From a virus, in the IMG/VR virus record IMGVR_UViG_3300043778_000063, positions 8,707 to 72,706 of that record: a stretch of 64,000 nt of DNA. One strand, written 5' to 3'. Under the pieces are notes generated by a model, which had not been told where the DNA came from, searched no databases, and saw nothing but the letters and a program-made list of their open reading frames with translations. A program made the position numbers and the translations under genes. Each line of letters begins with the position of its first letter. Position 1 is the first letter of the stretch. This document shows, piece by piece, positions 37,589-47,571 of the stretch.

Positions 37589-38607
37589 ATCCCGCCTCCC
37601 TGCGGCGGGACCGGCGCCGCGAATCCCTTGGGATAGCAGATCATCGTTGCATCCCAGCGCCCCTTGGGGACCAGCGAATCAAGCGCCAACGATAGCCTCT
37701 GCACTACCCAATCGCGATTAGCCTGCGGTACCGCTACGCTGGTGATGTGGATGACACCGCCGAAGGCGATTTGCGGGTTGAACAGCGATTTCACGACCGC
37801 ATAGCCGTTGGGCGCGAAGCTCGGCGCGCCGATCATGCCGGTATCCTTCGACACCAGCGGGACTGGTCCGTTGGTGTTGCGCTGGCTGCCGATCGGCCAG
37901 ATCGCCAGAACCTGCTGGCCTCCGCTGCCGGGCAGGATCTCGGCGTTGATATGCGCGTGCTCGGCGCATTCCCGGATCTGATCCCGCAAGGTACCCGGGA
38001 AATAGCTCGAGGGCAGTTGGATCGTGACACCGTTATTTTCGAATCCGGCCGGGATCTGCCGAGCGAATCCGGCCATGATCGTTGCCACATCGGTCGAGCC
38101 CGGGAAGCTCGATGCGGGGATCGGCACCGTCCCAGCGATCAGTCCAGTCCGGCACTCGAAATGCATGGCCACTTGCGGCATCCCGCTGAAGTCCGGAAAC
38201 GCGAAGGCGATCGTCCCCGTGAACACAGGCGTCAGCCCAGCCTGCGCATCCCCTGCGGATATCGTGATGCTATTTTTCTGGACCATGTCGAAAATCATGC
38301 CGAGCGTCGACAATTGATTCACGAGGTTCGGCGCCAGTCCATAAATCGAGACGGTGGCGCTACAATCCACGCCGCCGCTGTTCTCGATTCGAACCGACGT
38401 TCGGAAACCCGATAGCGTGATCGTATCGGAATCGGTGCCGGCGAATTTATTCGGCTGGTTGGTCTGCTGATTCGCCTGAAGCGAGATCGTCAATTCGATC
38501 AGGCGTTGGACGAAGCTCTGCTGACCCTGGAATGGAGGTTGAGGGGCGATCGTTGAGGTGTCGGTCGTTCCGCCGGTGATGATGACCTTCGTAGGTCCAT
38601 CCGCCAT
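37585..38607 (-). CDS. Baseplate hub protein
   Basis: ATVSIYGL, ISAGD..VFTGTI, TGMIGAP, LFNPQI. Confidence 0.85.
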   Translation of the reverse strand: MADGPTKVIITGGTTDTSTIAPQPPFQGQQSFVQRLIELTISLQANQQTNQPNKFAGTDSDTITLSGFRTSVRIENSGGVDCSATVSIYGLAPNLVNQLSTLGMIFDMVQKNSITISAGDAQAGLTPVFTGTIAFAFPDFSGMPQVAMHFECRTGLIAGTVPIPASSFPGSTDVATIMAGFARQIPAGFENNGVTIQLPSSYFPGTLRDQIRECAEHAHINAEILPGSGGQQVLAIWPIGSQRNTNGPVPLVSKDTGMIGAPSFAPNGYAVVKSLFNPQIAFGGVIHITSVAVPQANRDWVVQRLSLALDSLVPKGRWDATMICYPKGFAAPVPPQGGGM

Positions 38608-38610
38608 GTG

Positions 38611-38931
38611 TCAGCCTCCCGGCAGGTCGGTCGTCTCCAGATAGATCAATTGATAGCGGGTTCCGAGGCCGGTGAACACCGGATCCGACGGGCTGCTACC
38701 GCCCTGGGTGTCCAGAAAGCAGAAATCCCCAACGAATCCGAAATAGGCGTCACGCACGATCCGGTTGAGATTTTCGCAAATCACGCTGCCGACCACCAAC
38801 GAATTGCCGACGAACAGCGTCATGAACATCCCGTAGGTGAGTTGCTGGAGTTCGATCACGCATGGCTGATTCGCGACCTGGACCTGAAAGGTCTGATTCG
38901 GGATCGGCTGGACCGGAATCACCTGGGACAT
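38611..38931 (-). CDS. Baseplate plug protein
   Basis: IPVQPIPNQTF..GFVGDFCFLDTQG..DP..GLGTRYQLIY. Confidence 0.85.
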   Translation of the reverse strand: MSQVIPVQPIPNQTFQVQVANQPCVIELQQLTYGMFMTLFVGNSLVVGSVICENLNRIVRDAYFGFVGDFCFLDTQGGSSPSDPVFTGLGTRYQLIYLETTDLPGG

Positions 38932-39551
38932 CATTGCACCAATGAATTGCCGCTACTGTCCGTCAGGCCCTGAGTAACCGAGCTCGACGGCGTCGTCGGC
39001 GCCACGCTGCCGGTGTTCTGCTGGCCGGCCACCGCAGGCTGTTGCGTGTTCGAATAGGTCGACGTCGATGTGACCCGGATCTCGACGAACCAGATGTCGA
39101 TCACGATCAAGCCCACGCCATTCGTTGCCGTGCGCTTGAAATCGACATGCGTGATGTTGCAGCTCGAGAACGTATATTCGGGCGTCACCACGTCATAGAG
39201 ATCGAGCCCGTTCGCAGCACCGAGGACGGAATTCAGCAACGCCTCCCGATCGGATTCGGCACCCCCCGAGGCAACGCGAACTTTGACGTCAAACGGCAAC
39301 TGGACCTTGTCGTAAGACTGAAACCCGCCGTCCTCGACCTGATAGTCCGAGACCGGGAAATCCTGTTTGTAGTCGAAATCGACCACCGAGTTGTATTCGA
39401 ATGCCTGCTCACCATCCAGGAAGATGCCCCACGGTGACCCGAACGAGCCGCCAAATATCGCCGTCGCTACATCGGCCGCCAGCAGCACAATATCGCTCAC
39501 GCTGTAGCTCGAGAGGTCCGGCACGCCGGGAAGTTGCGGCACATCTGCCAT
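38931..39551 (-). CDS. Baseplate/tube-initiator (Dit-like) protein
   Basis: WGIF, SDYQVEDGGFQSYDKVQLPF, YDVVTPE. Confidence 0.82.
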   Translation of the reverse strand: MADVPQLPGVPDLSSYSVSDIVLLAADVATAIFGGSFGSPWGIFLDGEQAFEYNSVVDFDYKQDFPVSDYQVEDGGFQSYDKVQLPFDVKVRVASGGAESDREALLNSVLGAANGLDLYDVVTPEYTFSSCNITHVDFKRTATNGVGLIVIDIWFVEIRVTSTSTYSNTQQPAVAGQQNTGSVAPTTPSSSVTQGLTDSSGNSLVQ

Positions 39552-39552
39552 A

Positions 39553-41025
39553 TCACACCAGCCCTGAATTTGCCGGAGACGTGATCGCCGAGCGCTTCAT
39601 CGCCGGGCCGATCTCGCGCGCGATCCCGTCGGCATCGGTCGCGTTTGGCGCGTTGATGTGCATATTGTTGATATTGACCTCGGACGTGGATGTCGACGTG
39701 ATGGTCGAGCCGCCGCCACGCGCTGCGGCCGCACCGCGGGCGCCCTGACTCGTCCCCTCGGCGCGGCGGATCGCATCGATCAGCCTGGGGTCCTGATTGT
39801 TGACGATGTCTGCGCCCCTGATCCCTAGAGTGCCGCCAACGGTCCCCTCCCATGCCTGACTGCCCTCAGCGTACCGGGCTGCGAACTGATCCAACGTGAG
39901 GCCGCTATAGGACGTGCCGGTGACCAGCGCGACCTGGGCGGCGCCGCCGAGAGATGGCGTCGGAAAGATCGCAAAGCCGCGCTCATCCTGGCCTGTGGCG
40001 CCATGCGCCTGGGCGAAGGCGCCAAACTTGATGTTGCCAGGGTTGTTGTTGCGGTCACCGCGAGTCGTGCCGCCCGCTGGCGCGCCGCCGCCCGCCGCTC
40101 CGAACCGATCGTTGAACGATGCCCCTTCCCCTGATGATGATACGGCGGCTGGCGCCGGCGTGCGGCCAAGGAGCTTCCCCAGCCAACTGTCCGGCGAAAT
40201 GAAGATGCCCCTGCTCAGTTCCTGGATGATCTGCTTCGTGCGATCGAGGAACTGAACTAGCGACGGCGTCAGTTTCACGACCAGCACGCGCTCAAGGCCC
40301 TCGGCCGAGATCGATAATTGGTTCAGGCTCTCCTGATATGCGATCGCCTCCGCCGCGCTTTCCTTCGTCGCGGTACCGGCCGCCTTGGCCGCAGCCTCCA
40401 ACTTCTGAAGGTTGGAGAGCATCACGTTGATCATGTTCTGATTCATGCCGGGGACCCAAGACATTTCTGTCGCCGCCATACTCGGCGACATTCGACCAGC
40501 GCTGATCTGTTCGGTGAAATAAGCCTGAAGTTGACGAAGAATCTGATCTGCGTTTTTTCCTTGCAATCCTCCTATTTGATTCAGCAGAAAACCAAACTTA
40601 TTATCAACCATGCCATTCCCGACCACGACATTATTAATTGCCCCTTGCAGCGCCGACATCGTTGCCGTCGCTTCTTCGGCCGATCCACCGACCTGACGGA
40701 TCATTCCCTGCCAGGTCGACAGGTTCTCGACGTTCGTGCCGATCGTCTTCGCCCACCGCCCAGTCGCGGCGTCCATATTGTTGAGGTGGTTGATGATCGC
40801 GAGGCCTTCATACCCACCGATCGCGCCCGCCGCGCCGAGGAGCCCCTTTTTGATGGCCCCAAAGATCTCGGTGAATTTCAGGCCCTGCGCGTCGATGTCC
40901 TTGCCGAATTCCTCGGCGCCATCGCGCGTTTTCTTGAACGCGGCGAGAGCATCCCGCTGACCCTCAGTGAATTTCCTCGGGTCGATTCCTAGTTCAATAA
41001 TCAATTCATCAATAACGGTCATCAT
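39553..41025 (-). CDS. Tape measure protein with C-terminal lytic (RNNNPGNI) domain
   Basis: VIDELIIELGID N-terminus, helical body, RGDRNNNPGNI..FAIF..YA..AIRRAE. Confidence 0.85.
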   Translation of the reverse strand: MMTVIDELIIELGIDPRKFTEGQRDALAAFKKTRDGAEEFGKDIDAQGLKFTEIFGAIKKGLLGAAGAIGGYEGLAIINHLNNMDAATGRWAKTIGTNVENLSTWQGMIRQVGGSAEEATATMSALQGAINNVVVGNGMVDNKFGFLLNQIGGLQGKNADQILRQLQAYFTEQISAGRMSPSMAATEMSWVPGMNQNMINVMLSNLQKLEAAAKAAGTATKESAAEAIAYQESLNQLSISAEGLERVLVVKLTPSLVQFLDRTKQIIQELSRGIFISPDSWLGKLLGRTPAPAAVSSSGEGASFNDRFGAAGGGAPAGGTTRGDRNNNPGNIKFGAFAQAHGATGQDERGFAIFPTPSLGGAAQVALVTGTSYSGLTLDQFAARYAEGSQAWEGTVGGTLGIRGADIVNNQDPRLIDAIRRAEGTSQGARGAAAARGGGSTITSTSTSEVNINNMHINAPNATDADGIAREIGPAMKRSAITSPANSGLV

Positions 41026-41246
41026 GGAGCCATGTGGTTATAGACCCATGTCTTGTCACATGGCCGCCATTCTGGAAAATAATCGTCAAGATCCGGATCC
41101 TCTGGAACAGTATTGCCGTTCTCCAATAGGAAATAATCATCTGATCCTTGATGATTCTTCCAAGCTATAAATTTGGCCATCTTCCATTGGCCGGAAACCA
41201 GAATTTCGACCGATTGTCCGTGCGTTGGTTTTGTCGTGATCATCAT
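41022..41246 (-). CDS. Small AT-rich inserted gene
   Basis: 74 aa ORF of lower GC between chaperone and tape measure. Confidence 0.6.
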   Translation of the reverse strand: MMITTKPTHGQSVEILVSGQWKMAKFIAWKNHQGSDDYFLLENGNTVPEDPDLDDYFPEWRPCDKTWVYNHMAP

Positions 41247-41259
41247 GTGTCTCGCTACA

Positions 41260-41897
41260 TTATTCGTATTTTCTCAACTTTTGAAGGACTCGGTCATTGT
41301 ATGCGTCCACCTGAATCACCTCAAGCAGATCATACATATCACGAAGGCTGAGCGTTTGCGTCAGCGGCCCGATCAGCGATTTGTCGTGAGAAAGCAGCAT
41401 GCCGATCCGCGGCGGAACGTTCACGTACTCGCGGAGGCCGGGGACTTCGTCATAATCGAGGAGATCAAGGCCGACAGAGCGTCGGCCGGCGAAAAATTTG
41501 TGTGAAGTTTTATCACCTCGCTTCTCAGCCAGAGGCGGGTTGCGACCTCCTCGATATCGTCGGGAGATGTGATCGGCTGCGAAACCTCCATGTTTTTCTT
41601 GTCCAGGATGATCCGGACGCATTCCAGCAGTTCGTTCAGCAGCGGGATCAGTTCGGCCGCTTCCATGCTGCCGCGCAAGAAGGTGTTGATCCCGAGGATC
41701 GCGATCCCCTCCATCCCGATGCCGGCCAGATCCATCGGAAGCGAGCCGGATGATTTGTTGAGCGCGAAGGTCATCCGGAGACCCCATTCCTCGGCGTGCG
41801 CGGCTGGCCACTCGGTGATGAGAAACAGCTTGCCGAGATCCCGGTTGCGGGTGCCGGGGAAACTCGGGACCGTTACCAATTGGCTCTGTCTCGCCAT
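41260..41897 (-). CDS. Tail assembly chaperone G/GT pair (G 41421-41897; GT via -1 frameshift to stop 41260)
   Basis: RDLGKLFLITE..A..AEEW; slippery A AAT TTT at 41499-41493 leads into EYVNVPPRIG..DMYDLLEVIQVDAYN. Confidence 0.8.
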
Positions 41898-42097
41898 CAG
41901 GACCTTCCGAGCTTGGGGTAATCGTCAGGTTGATCGGCGCCGGGCGCGCTGCGGACCTGCGGCATGTCTGCCGGCGTCAGGAACTCAACCCGGGCGATCG
42001 TCTGACCGTCGGCGGCGAACGTGACGGCCTTGACGTAGGGACATTGAATCAACGGATGATGCCACGCATCGCCGCAGCGCGGGCAAGCCTCGGTCAT
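41897..42097 (-). CDS. Small Cys/His protein
   Basis: CPRCG..H...CPYVKAV; coupled both sides. Confidence 0.6.
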   Translation of the reverse strand: MTEACPRCGDAWHHPLIQCPYVKAVTFAADGQTIARVEFLTPADMPQVRSAPGADQPDDYPKLGRS

Positions 42098-42522
42098 GCC
42101 GGCGCGACCGCCATCGACTGGAAGATCATCTGGTAGCGGCGGGGCTGCATGACCTTTTTCGCCGACGGCGCCTTGTAGGAGCTCAGGAACCCTGCGTTCA
42201 GCGCGATCTTCGTCGATGTACCCGGAATTTTCACGGAGCCGAACAATTGATAGGTCGATTTGGTCGCCTGCTGCTGACCCCAGATCCGGTCGAAGATCGC
42301 GTTCGAGGCCGAATCCGCCTGCAGCACGATGTCCCACGGGATTTCGACGAAAACGAATCCGGCCGACAGAACGCCATCCACGCCCATCGTTGATTCGATC
42401 GACTTGATCGCCGGAATGTCGAAGACGTCATCCGCCGCAAAGCCCTGGAGTTGCTGCGGCGTCGGGTAGAGCAGCGCCTGCGTCAGCGTCAGCACGACAT
42501 CGGATGCGGTGATCACGCCCAT
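42094..42522 (-). CDS. Tail tube protein
   Basis: QLQGFAADD, MGVDGVLSAGFV, LQADSAS; follows sheath. Confidence 0.88.
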   Translation of the reverse strand: MGVITASDVVLTLTQALLYPTPQQLQGFAADDVFDIPAIKSIESTMGVDGVLSAGFVFVEIPWDIVLQADSASNAIFDRIWGQQQATKSTYQLFGSVKIPGTSTKIALNAGFLSSYKAPSAKKVMQPRRYQMIFQSMAVAPA

Positions 42523-42534
42523 TTCAGATGCTCC

Positions 42535-44532
42535 TCATTGGATGGCGACGCTCGACAGGCTGATGCTTTGCGCTGAGCCCCTATCAAGGTACCAGAACGT
42601 GATTGCCCACGGTCCACGGTTCAGCCGAATGTTGGTCGCCTGCTGCAGGACCTGGAGGTAGTAGCCCTGAGCCTGCAGCGTGTCGGTGATGTTGAGGCTG
42701 GGATTGCCGGCGTTCGCTCCAGCCTGCGAGTTCACTGCGGCGATTTGTGCCGGAGAAATGGTGCCGGGCGCAAAGGCATTGAAATTGAGACCGGCCTGGA
42801 TCGGCGAAGCCAGCGCGGCCTCGATGAGCGCCGCGCCGACCGTGTTGAACGGGATCGACAGCGAGTTGTTCATCAGGTTGAGCAGCGCGAGTTGCAGGTT
42901 GCTGTTCAGCCAGATCTGATTGACGTAACTGTCGGCCCAAAGGAATGATCCGGTGATGATCCCGCGCTGGAGCCACGTGAAATTGGCATTTCCGGAGCCG
43001 ACGGCACCATAATAATTGTAGCCGTTGCCGCGGTCGCCGAGGACCTGCGGATTGCCACCGATATTGATCGCGGTCTGCCCGGATACGACATCGGAGACCA
43101 AGCCGGTCTGACTTCGGAAGGCGAAATCAGTTCGGCCATTGGTCTGGTTGAAATTGATCGACGCCGCGATTCCCATTACGAAAGCGGCTTGGTTGAGATC
43201 GGTGAGTTCGGAGATCAGGAACGTCCCGGAATCGCCATTGCCGGCTAGAATCTGCCCGAGCGTTTCCGATTGCGGCGGGTTCGACCGCACCAACACGTCG
43301 GTGTCGCCCGGCACGTACATGTAGCGGTTCGGGAACGTGTTTTTCCAAGCGGCAAAGGCTTGCTTGAGCGTGTTTCCGACGCCGCCATCCGGATCCACCG
43401 TGGTCGTATAGGTGGCCCAGTTGGTGGTGATCGCGACCACGGCGTTCATGACACTAGCCGGCGTCGCCGCCGCGGCACCCTGCGAGAGGAACGCGCCGGT
43501 CGCCGAGGTCAGCAGCAGCGAGGCCGCCAGCGTCCCGGTGGCGAATGCCGAGGTCGAGGCGGCTCCGGTGATCCCCGAGGTGATCACGAACGCCCCGGAC
43601 TGGGAATCGAACGTCACCAGGGGAGCAGTCGCGATCGCCGTCATGGCCTCGCTGGCGACCTGCTGTTGCGCACCGCTGAGCCGATAGGTTCCGACGCCGC
43701 CTGCGGGCCCGGTGAGTTGCGCGGTGATCGTCGGCGCGCCCGTGACCCCGGCGCCGACCACGGTCTGGCCGACCACCAGCGACACGACGGATTCCACCGT
43801 GACATTGAGGACCGTGCTCGAGCCGACGCACGCCGCACCGGAGGCAGTGCCGCTCAGGCTGGTGACGTAGACGCCAGCCCCGCCCGTGGTCCCGGAGGTC
43901 TGGGAAACGATCGTGGTGTTCGCCGCGACGCCGGTTCCGGTGACGGTGTCGCCGATCGAAATCAGCCCGGTGACGGCCGTCGTCGTCATGTTGGTGCCGG
44001 CCTGTGTCGCCGTGAAGGTGGCGCCGATGGCCGCGGTAAAGGAGGCCTCCGTCGGATCGGTAAATGCCGCCTGGATCGCGGCAGCAGCGGCCGAGAAGCT
44101 GTTCGATGAGGCCAAACTGATCGACGCGATCGCGTGCGCGTAGCCGTCCATGACGATGTTGAGGGAACCGTTCAGGGCTTGCAGTTGCGCCAGCGTCAGG
44201 GCCGCACCGGCGTTGCCGCCCCACAGATACGCCGCGACGGCGGCGGCATTGTACTGCGCGAACAGCAGCGCGCCCGGCAGCGAATTGGAGTTGGTGAACC
44301 CGCCGAAATAGCCGGTCCCCTTGCCGCCGCCGCCGCCGGCCATCAGGGCTTCCTGGGAGGACGAGCCGAAGAACGCCGCGACCGCCGTGGCGCTCGCGAA
44401 GCTATAGACGGCCCCTAGAGGAACCCGGTTGCTGCCGGTCAGGATCAGGCCATTGAGACTGACGGCCTGGCCGACGGTCGAGAGGACGGATGGGACGACG
44501 TTTACGAAGAGACTCGCAGGAATCGTCGTCAT
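42535..44532 (-). CDS. Tail sheath protein (DUF3383) with two inserted beta domains
   Basis: IPAS..VNVVPSVL, NWAT, GYNYYG, WADSYVNQIWL, WYLDRGS. Confidence 0.92.
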   Translation of the reverse strand: MTTIPASLFVNVVPSVLSTVGQAVSLNGLILTGSNRVPLGAVYSFASATAVAAFFGSSSQEALMAGGGGGKGTGYFGGFTNSNSLPGALLFAQYNAAAVAAYLWGGNAGAALTLAQLQALNGSLNIVMDGYAHAIASISLASSNSFSAAAAAIQAAFTDPTEASFTAAIGATFTATQAGTNMTTTAVTGLISIGDTVTGTGVAANTTIVSQTSGTTGGAGVYVTSLSGTASGAACVGSSTVLNVTVESVVSLVVGQTVVGAGVTGAPTITAQLTGPAGGVGTYRLSGAQQQVASEAMTAIATAPLVTFDSQSGAFVITSGITGAASTSAFATGTLAASLLLTSATGAFLSQGAAAATPASVMNAVVAITTNWATYTTTVDPDGGVGNTLKQAFAAWKNTFPNRYMYVPGDTDVLVRSNPPQSETLGQILAGNGDSGTFLISELTDLNQAAFVMGIAASINFNQTNGRTDFAFRSQTGLVSDVVSGQTAINIGGNPQVLGDRGNGYNYYGAVGSGNANFTWLQRGIITGSFLWADSYVNQIWLNSNLQLALLNLMNNSLSIPFNTVGAALIEAALASPIQAGLNFNAFAPGTISPAQIAAVNSQAGANAGNPSLNITDTLQAQGYYLQVLQQATNIRLNRGPWAITFWYLDRGSAQSISLSSVAIQ

Positions 44533-44611
44533 TTTCGGGATCTCCGGGCGATAGTTCCCAATTCAGGTGCTGCGAGCGATAACACGATATGCCAGAATCC
44601 ACAATTACGGA

Positions 44612-45361
44612 CTACGGAAGCGGATATTTCGCATCCACACTCACCGGGGTAAGGACGGCGCTGTCGGCGAAGGTTTGTGGGACAGAAATGACGATATTCG
44701 ACTGTAAAATGCATTCCGAGACCCAACGCCACTCGATTTGCGATTCCTCATTCAGGAACGGCATCTGGCGCGCATCATCGGCGTAGAGTGGCGCCACGCC
44801 GTAATAGGGCGATTGTCCCTGAAATTGCAGCACGGCGAATTCATCCCGGAACAGGGCGCTCACGGTCGCCGCCATATCGCCGGCCGAACTCAAATCAGCA
44901 CTATGGAAATCGAGTTGGATCGTGTGCTTGGTCGGCATCATGATTTGCTTGGTGCCGGTCGAGATGGTCAGCGGCCCAACGGTCTGGGGTGGGGATACCG
45001 TATAGGTCCCGATCTGGCCAGTTCCGGTCAGGATCGCGCTCACCGAGGTCCCGGCCGTGATCCCGACGCCGAAGATGGTGCCGCCGACCCCGATCTGCGC
45101 GTTCGGAAACTTGGGATTCACTGCGGTGATCGTCAAAGTCGTTCCGGCGATCGACCCCGTGAACACGCCATCGGCGTAGCCATCGACGTTCGTCTCAAGC
45201 CGCTCCTGGCGGATCTGCGTCATCACGACAAAATCGACCCCGGCAGGCTCAGGCACCCGGTTCTGCTGCGCTGGAACCACCACGACACCGGCCGGCAGGA
45301 CCGATAGCAAAAAGCTCCGGAGTTGCGCGAAGACGTTCGACTGGGTTGGCGATGGTGTCAT
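44612..45361 (-). CDS. Neck/tail terminator protein with inserted beta domain
   Basis: [25 protein letters not shown]. Confidence 0.82.
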   Translation of the reverse strand: MTPSPTQSNVFAQLRSFLLSVLPAGVVVVPAQQNRVPEPAGVDFVVMTQIRQERLETNVDGYADGVFTGSIAGTTLTITAVNPKFPNAQIGVGGTIFGVGITAGTSVSAILTGTGQIGTYTVSPPQTVGPLTISTGTKQIMMPTKHTIQLDFHSADLSSAGDMAATVSALFRDEFAVLQFQGQSPYYGVAPLYADDARQMPFLNEESQIEWRWVSECILQSNIVISVPQTFADSAVLTPVSVDAKYPLP

Positions 45362-45402
45362 TTCTATCTTGGATAGGAGGAAGCGAGCATTTCATTCCTG
45401 GG

Positions 45403-46722
45403 TCATGGACCAAATCCAGACGCAAATCCAGACGGGACAGGCTGTGTCAACTGAGAGGCCGAAAAGTTTGACGTTAGTTGGTCGCCCGTGGCCTCAATCA
45501 TAGCTATCGGATATCGCTTTCCGGTACCTAGCGGACCCGTGCTTACTCCGCCAACTCCAGTGGACGGGTTAGCTGATCCGTTACCGTTCCAAGATTGCGC
45601 CACGCCTGATCTAACTCGCCGAAACCAAGCCAAGTTAGCCGTAAAATCCTGACATTCCTGTATGATGTCGCCACCTGTCCACGTCGCCGCCGCTGCTAAT
45701 GTCGTTCCGTTTATTTCTATCGCGCCAGTGTCGAAGTATCCGATGCTGTTATTGTCTCCGGTCCCTGGCTGGAACGCGCCATTGTATTCGTTGGCGGTAT
45801 TGACCAATCCGACAATTAGAAGATTGTTGAAGGCGTCTGCCGAGATTTCCCAACAGTACTTTCCAGACGAGACGCCTGGGAACCCTCGCACTTGACGATT
45901 TCCAAAACCGGATAAATTAGTGATAGTTCGATTGCCATTCGAAAGCACACCCGATGATGCGATATCGATCGGACTGAATGTCAAAGGCGCCTGAATTTGG
46001 GTTCCAGGGTGCTTCATGACGCTGACTATTTGAGGCTCGGCAATCGTTGCTAAGGTATAATACCCGAGCGCCGTGAGGTGCACACAGTCCGATTGATAGT
46101 AGGTTGCGTTGCAAGCGCCAGCTTGCGTGGAAAACGCAGGGTTGGCAAAAAAATCCACGAGTGCGTCGGCACTAAGATCCGAGTTCCAATACGATCTGAT
46201 AAGCCCATTTAGGCTTATGATCGTCGGCATTTCCTGCGTCGTATCGTTGGAGTTATTTCTTGCAATCAAAGTGGCGATAGTTACACGCTGAAATCCCGCC
46301 GCCCGCGCATCTGCGATAATGCTACGTAAGGTCACGTAGATCGCTGAGGCGCTGGTACCGCTGTTGACATCATTTGTCCCGGCGAACAGAATTTCAACAT
46401 TAAGCGCCTTCGTCGCATCGAAATCGGAGACGTATTGCGATGGATAATTGGCTAAAATAGTCGCTGCGGTGATCCCGCTCACGCCATGGTTGAGCGTCGT
46501 GTAGGCGGGACCGTGAGGCAACAGGAACGAGACTTGATCTGGGTAATCGAATGGCGGCGAAACGAATAAACCCGCCGTTAAGCTGTCACCCACGTAAGTC
46601 AGTTTGACGCTCGATGGAAGCCCCGATCCACTCATGATAAGCAGACGACAGGCCCCGGTGCAGGCTCTGGTCTCCGACAGGAACGCCAGAGTTACAAATA
46701 GGGCGATCAGAATTTTCCTCAT
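45403..46722 (-). CDS. Secreted SGNH/GDSL hydrolase with SPRY/B30.2-like domain
   Basis: Signal peptide; GDSLT, GVSG, GTND, DCVH; SSGKYCWE..GDII..D..WF..PSGF. Confidence 0.85.
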   Translation of the reverse strand: MRKILIALFVTLAFLSETRACTGACRLLIMSGSGLPSSVKLTYVGDSLTAGLFVSPPFDYPDQVSFLLPHGPAYTTLNHGVSGITAATILANYPSQYVSDFDATKALNVEILFAGTNDVNSGTSASAIYVTLRSIIADARAAGFQRVTIATLIARNNSNDTTQEMPTIISLNGLIRSYWNSDLSADALVDFFANPAFSTQAGACNATYYQSDCVHLTALGYYTLATIAEPQIVSVMKHPGTQIQAPLTFSPIDIASSGVLSNGNRTITNLSGFGNRQVRGFPGVSSGKYCWEISADAFNNLLIVGLVNTANEYNGAFQPGTGDNNSIGYFDTGAIEINGTTLAAAATWTGGDIIQECQDFTANLAWFRRVRSGVAQSWNGNGSANPSTGVGGVSTGPLGTGKRYPIAMIEATGDQLTSNFSASQLTQPVPSGFASGFGP

Positions 46723-47570
46723 GGATCGCTCACATAGGGAGGTCGGTTTTTATATGGATTGTTCGCCGGAAGATTTGACCCGTTTTTCCCGTCATACCAA
46801 CTTTCCCACCCCTCCAGTTTAGCAACCTCGCTAGCCGTCAGAACCCTGTTGAAACAAAATGCTTGTTGGATGACGCCCGTGAATGGCGAGCCACCATTCG
46901 AGTTTGCCCCGATAGCACCTCCGGCAGTTCCGGTGGCTGGCGTGCTCAGCGTTGCTGTTTGGGTGACCCCGTCTGCAGTGACGGATGCGGCCGTTCCATT
47001 CTGATTCCACACGATCATTCGATCAACCGAACTCCACCCGAAGGTTGTGAAAAAATCGCTCGTAAAGAGGCCGGCGTCGATCGTGCTGCCTGAAACACGA
47101 AGCATTCTCCAACTAAGATTTGATCCATTGTAACCGTATCCAAACACGCCGACTGTGTTTGTCGTGGCATATGCTGCCAGAGCCAGCGATCCGGGGGACG
47201 CGCCGGAAGGAAACCCAGTTTGCGCAAACGAGAGAAATTGGCTCCCGTTGAAAGTAAGACCAGGTTTTCCGTTCCTGGCGGTAGTGCTATAACCGGGCTG
47301 AGCAGATCCAGTTACTTGCGTTGCCGCAATGCCAGATGCCTTATCAGACCATGATGAAACTGTCGTGCTGTTGAATATTATGCTTGGAAAATTCTGCGCG
47401 TCCCACCACGCTACGAGGGACGACCCAATGTTCAGCGGTGTCCACAGTTTATTGCCACTCATCAGCAACAACCGCCGCCCACTCTGCGCATCCGCCGATC
47501 CGAACCCAAGCGCCAGCAGCTCGGATACCGCCAGTGCGGCTACGACAGTGATGGAAGACCGCCGGCGCAT
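46719..47570 (-). CDS. Secreted LamG/concanavalin-like protein
   Basis: Signal ..SADA|Q; LVAWWDA..VSSWSDK..NGKPGL..NRVLT..KLEG..LPANNPYK. Confidence 0.75.
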   Translation of the reverse strand: MRRRSSITVVAALAVSELLALGFGSADAQSGRRLLLMSGNKLWTPLNIGSSLVAWWDAQNFPSIIFNSTTVSSWSDKASGIAATQVTGSAQPGYSTTARNGKPGLTFNGSQFLSFAQTGFPSGASPGSLALAAYATTNTVGVFGYGYNGSNLSWRMLRVSGSTIDAGLFTSDFFTTFGWSSVDRMIVWNQNGTAASVTADGVTQTATLSTPATGTAGGAIGANSNGGSPFTGVIQQAFCFNRVLTASEVAKLEGWESWYDGKNGSNLPANNPYKNRPPYVSDP

Positions 47571-47571
47571 C

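Noticed and set aside
34583-44532. Tailocin, T6SS or gene transfer agent
   Set aside because: Capsid, head protease, replication and recombination genes are all present, indicating a full phage
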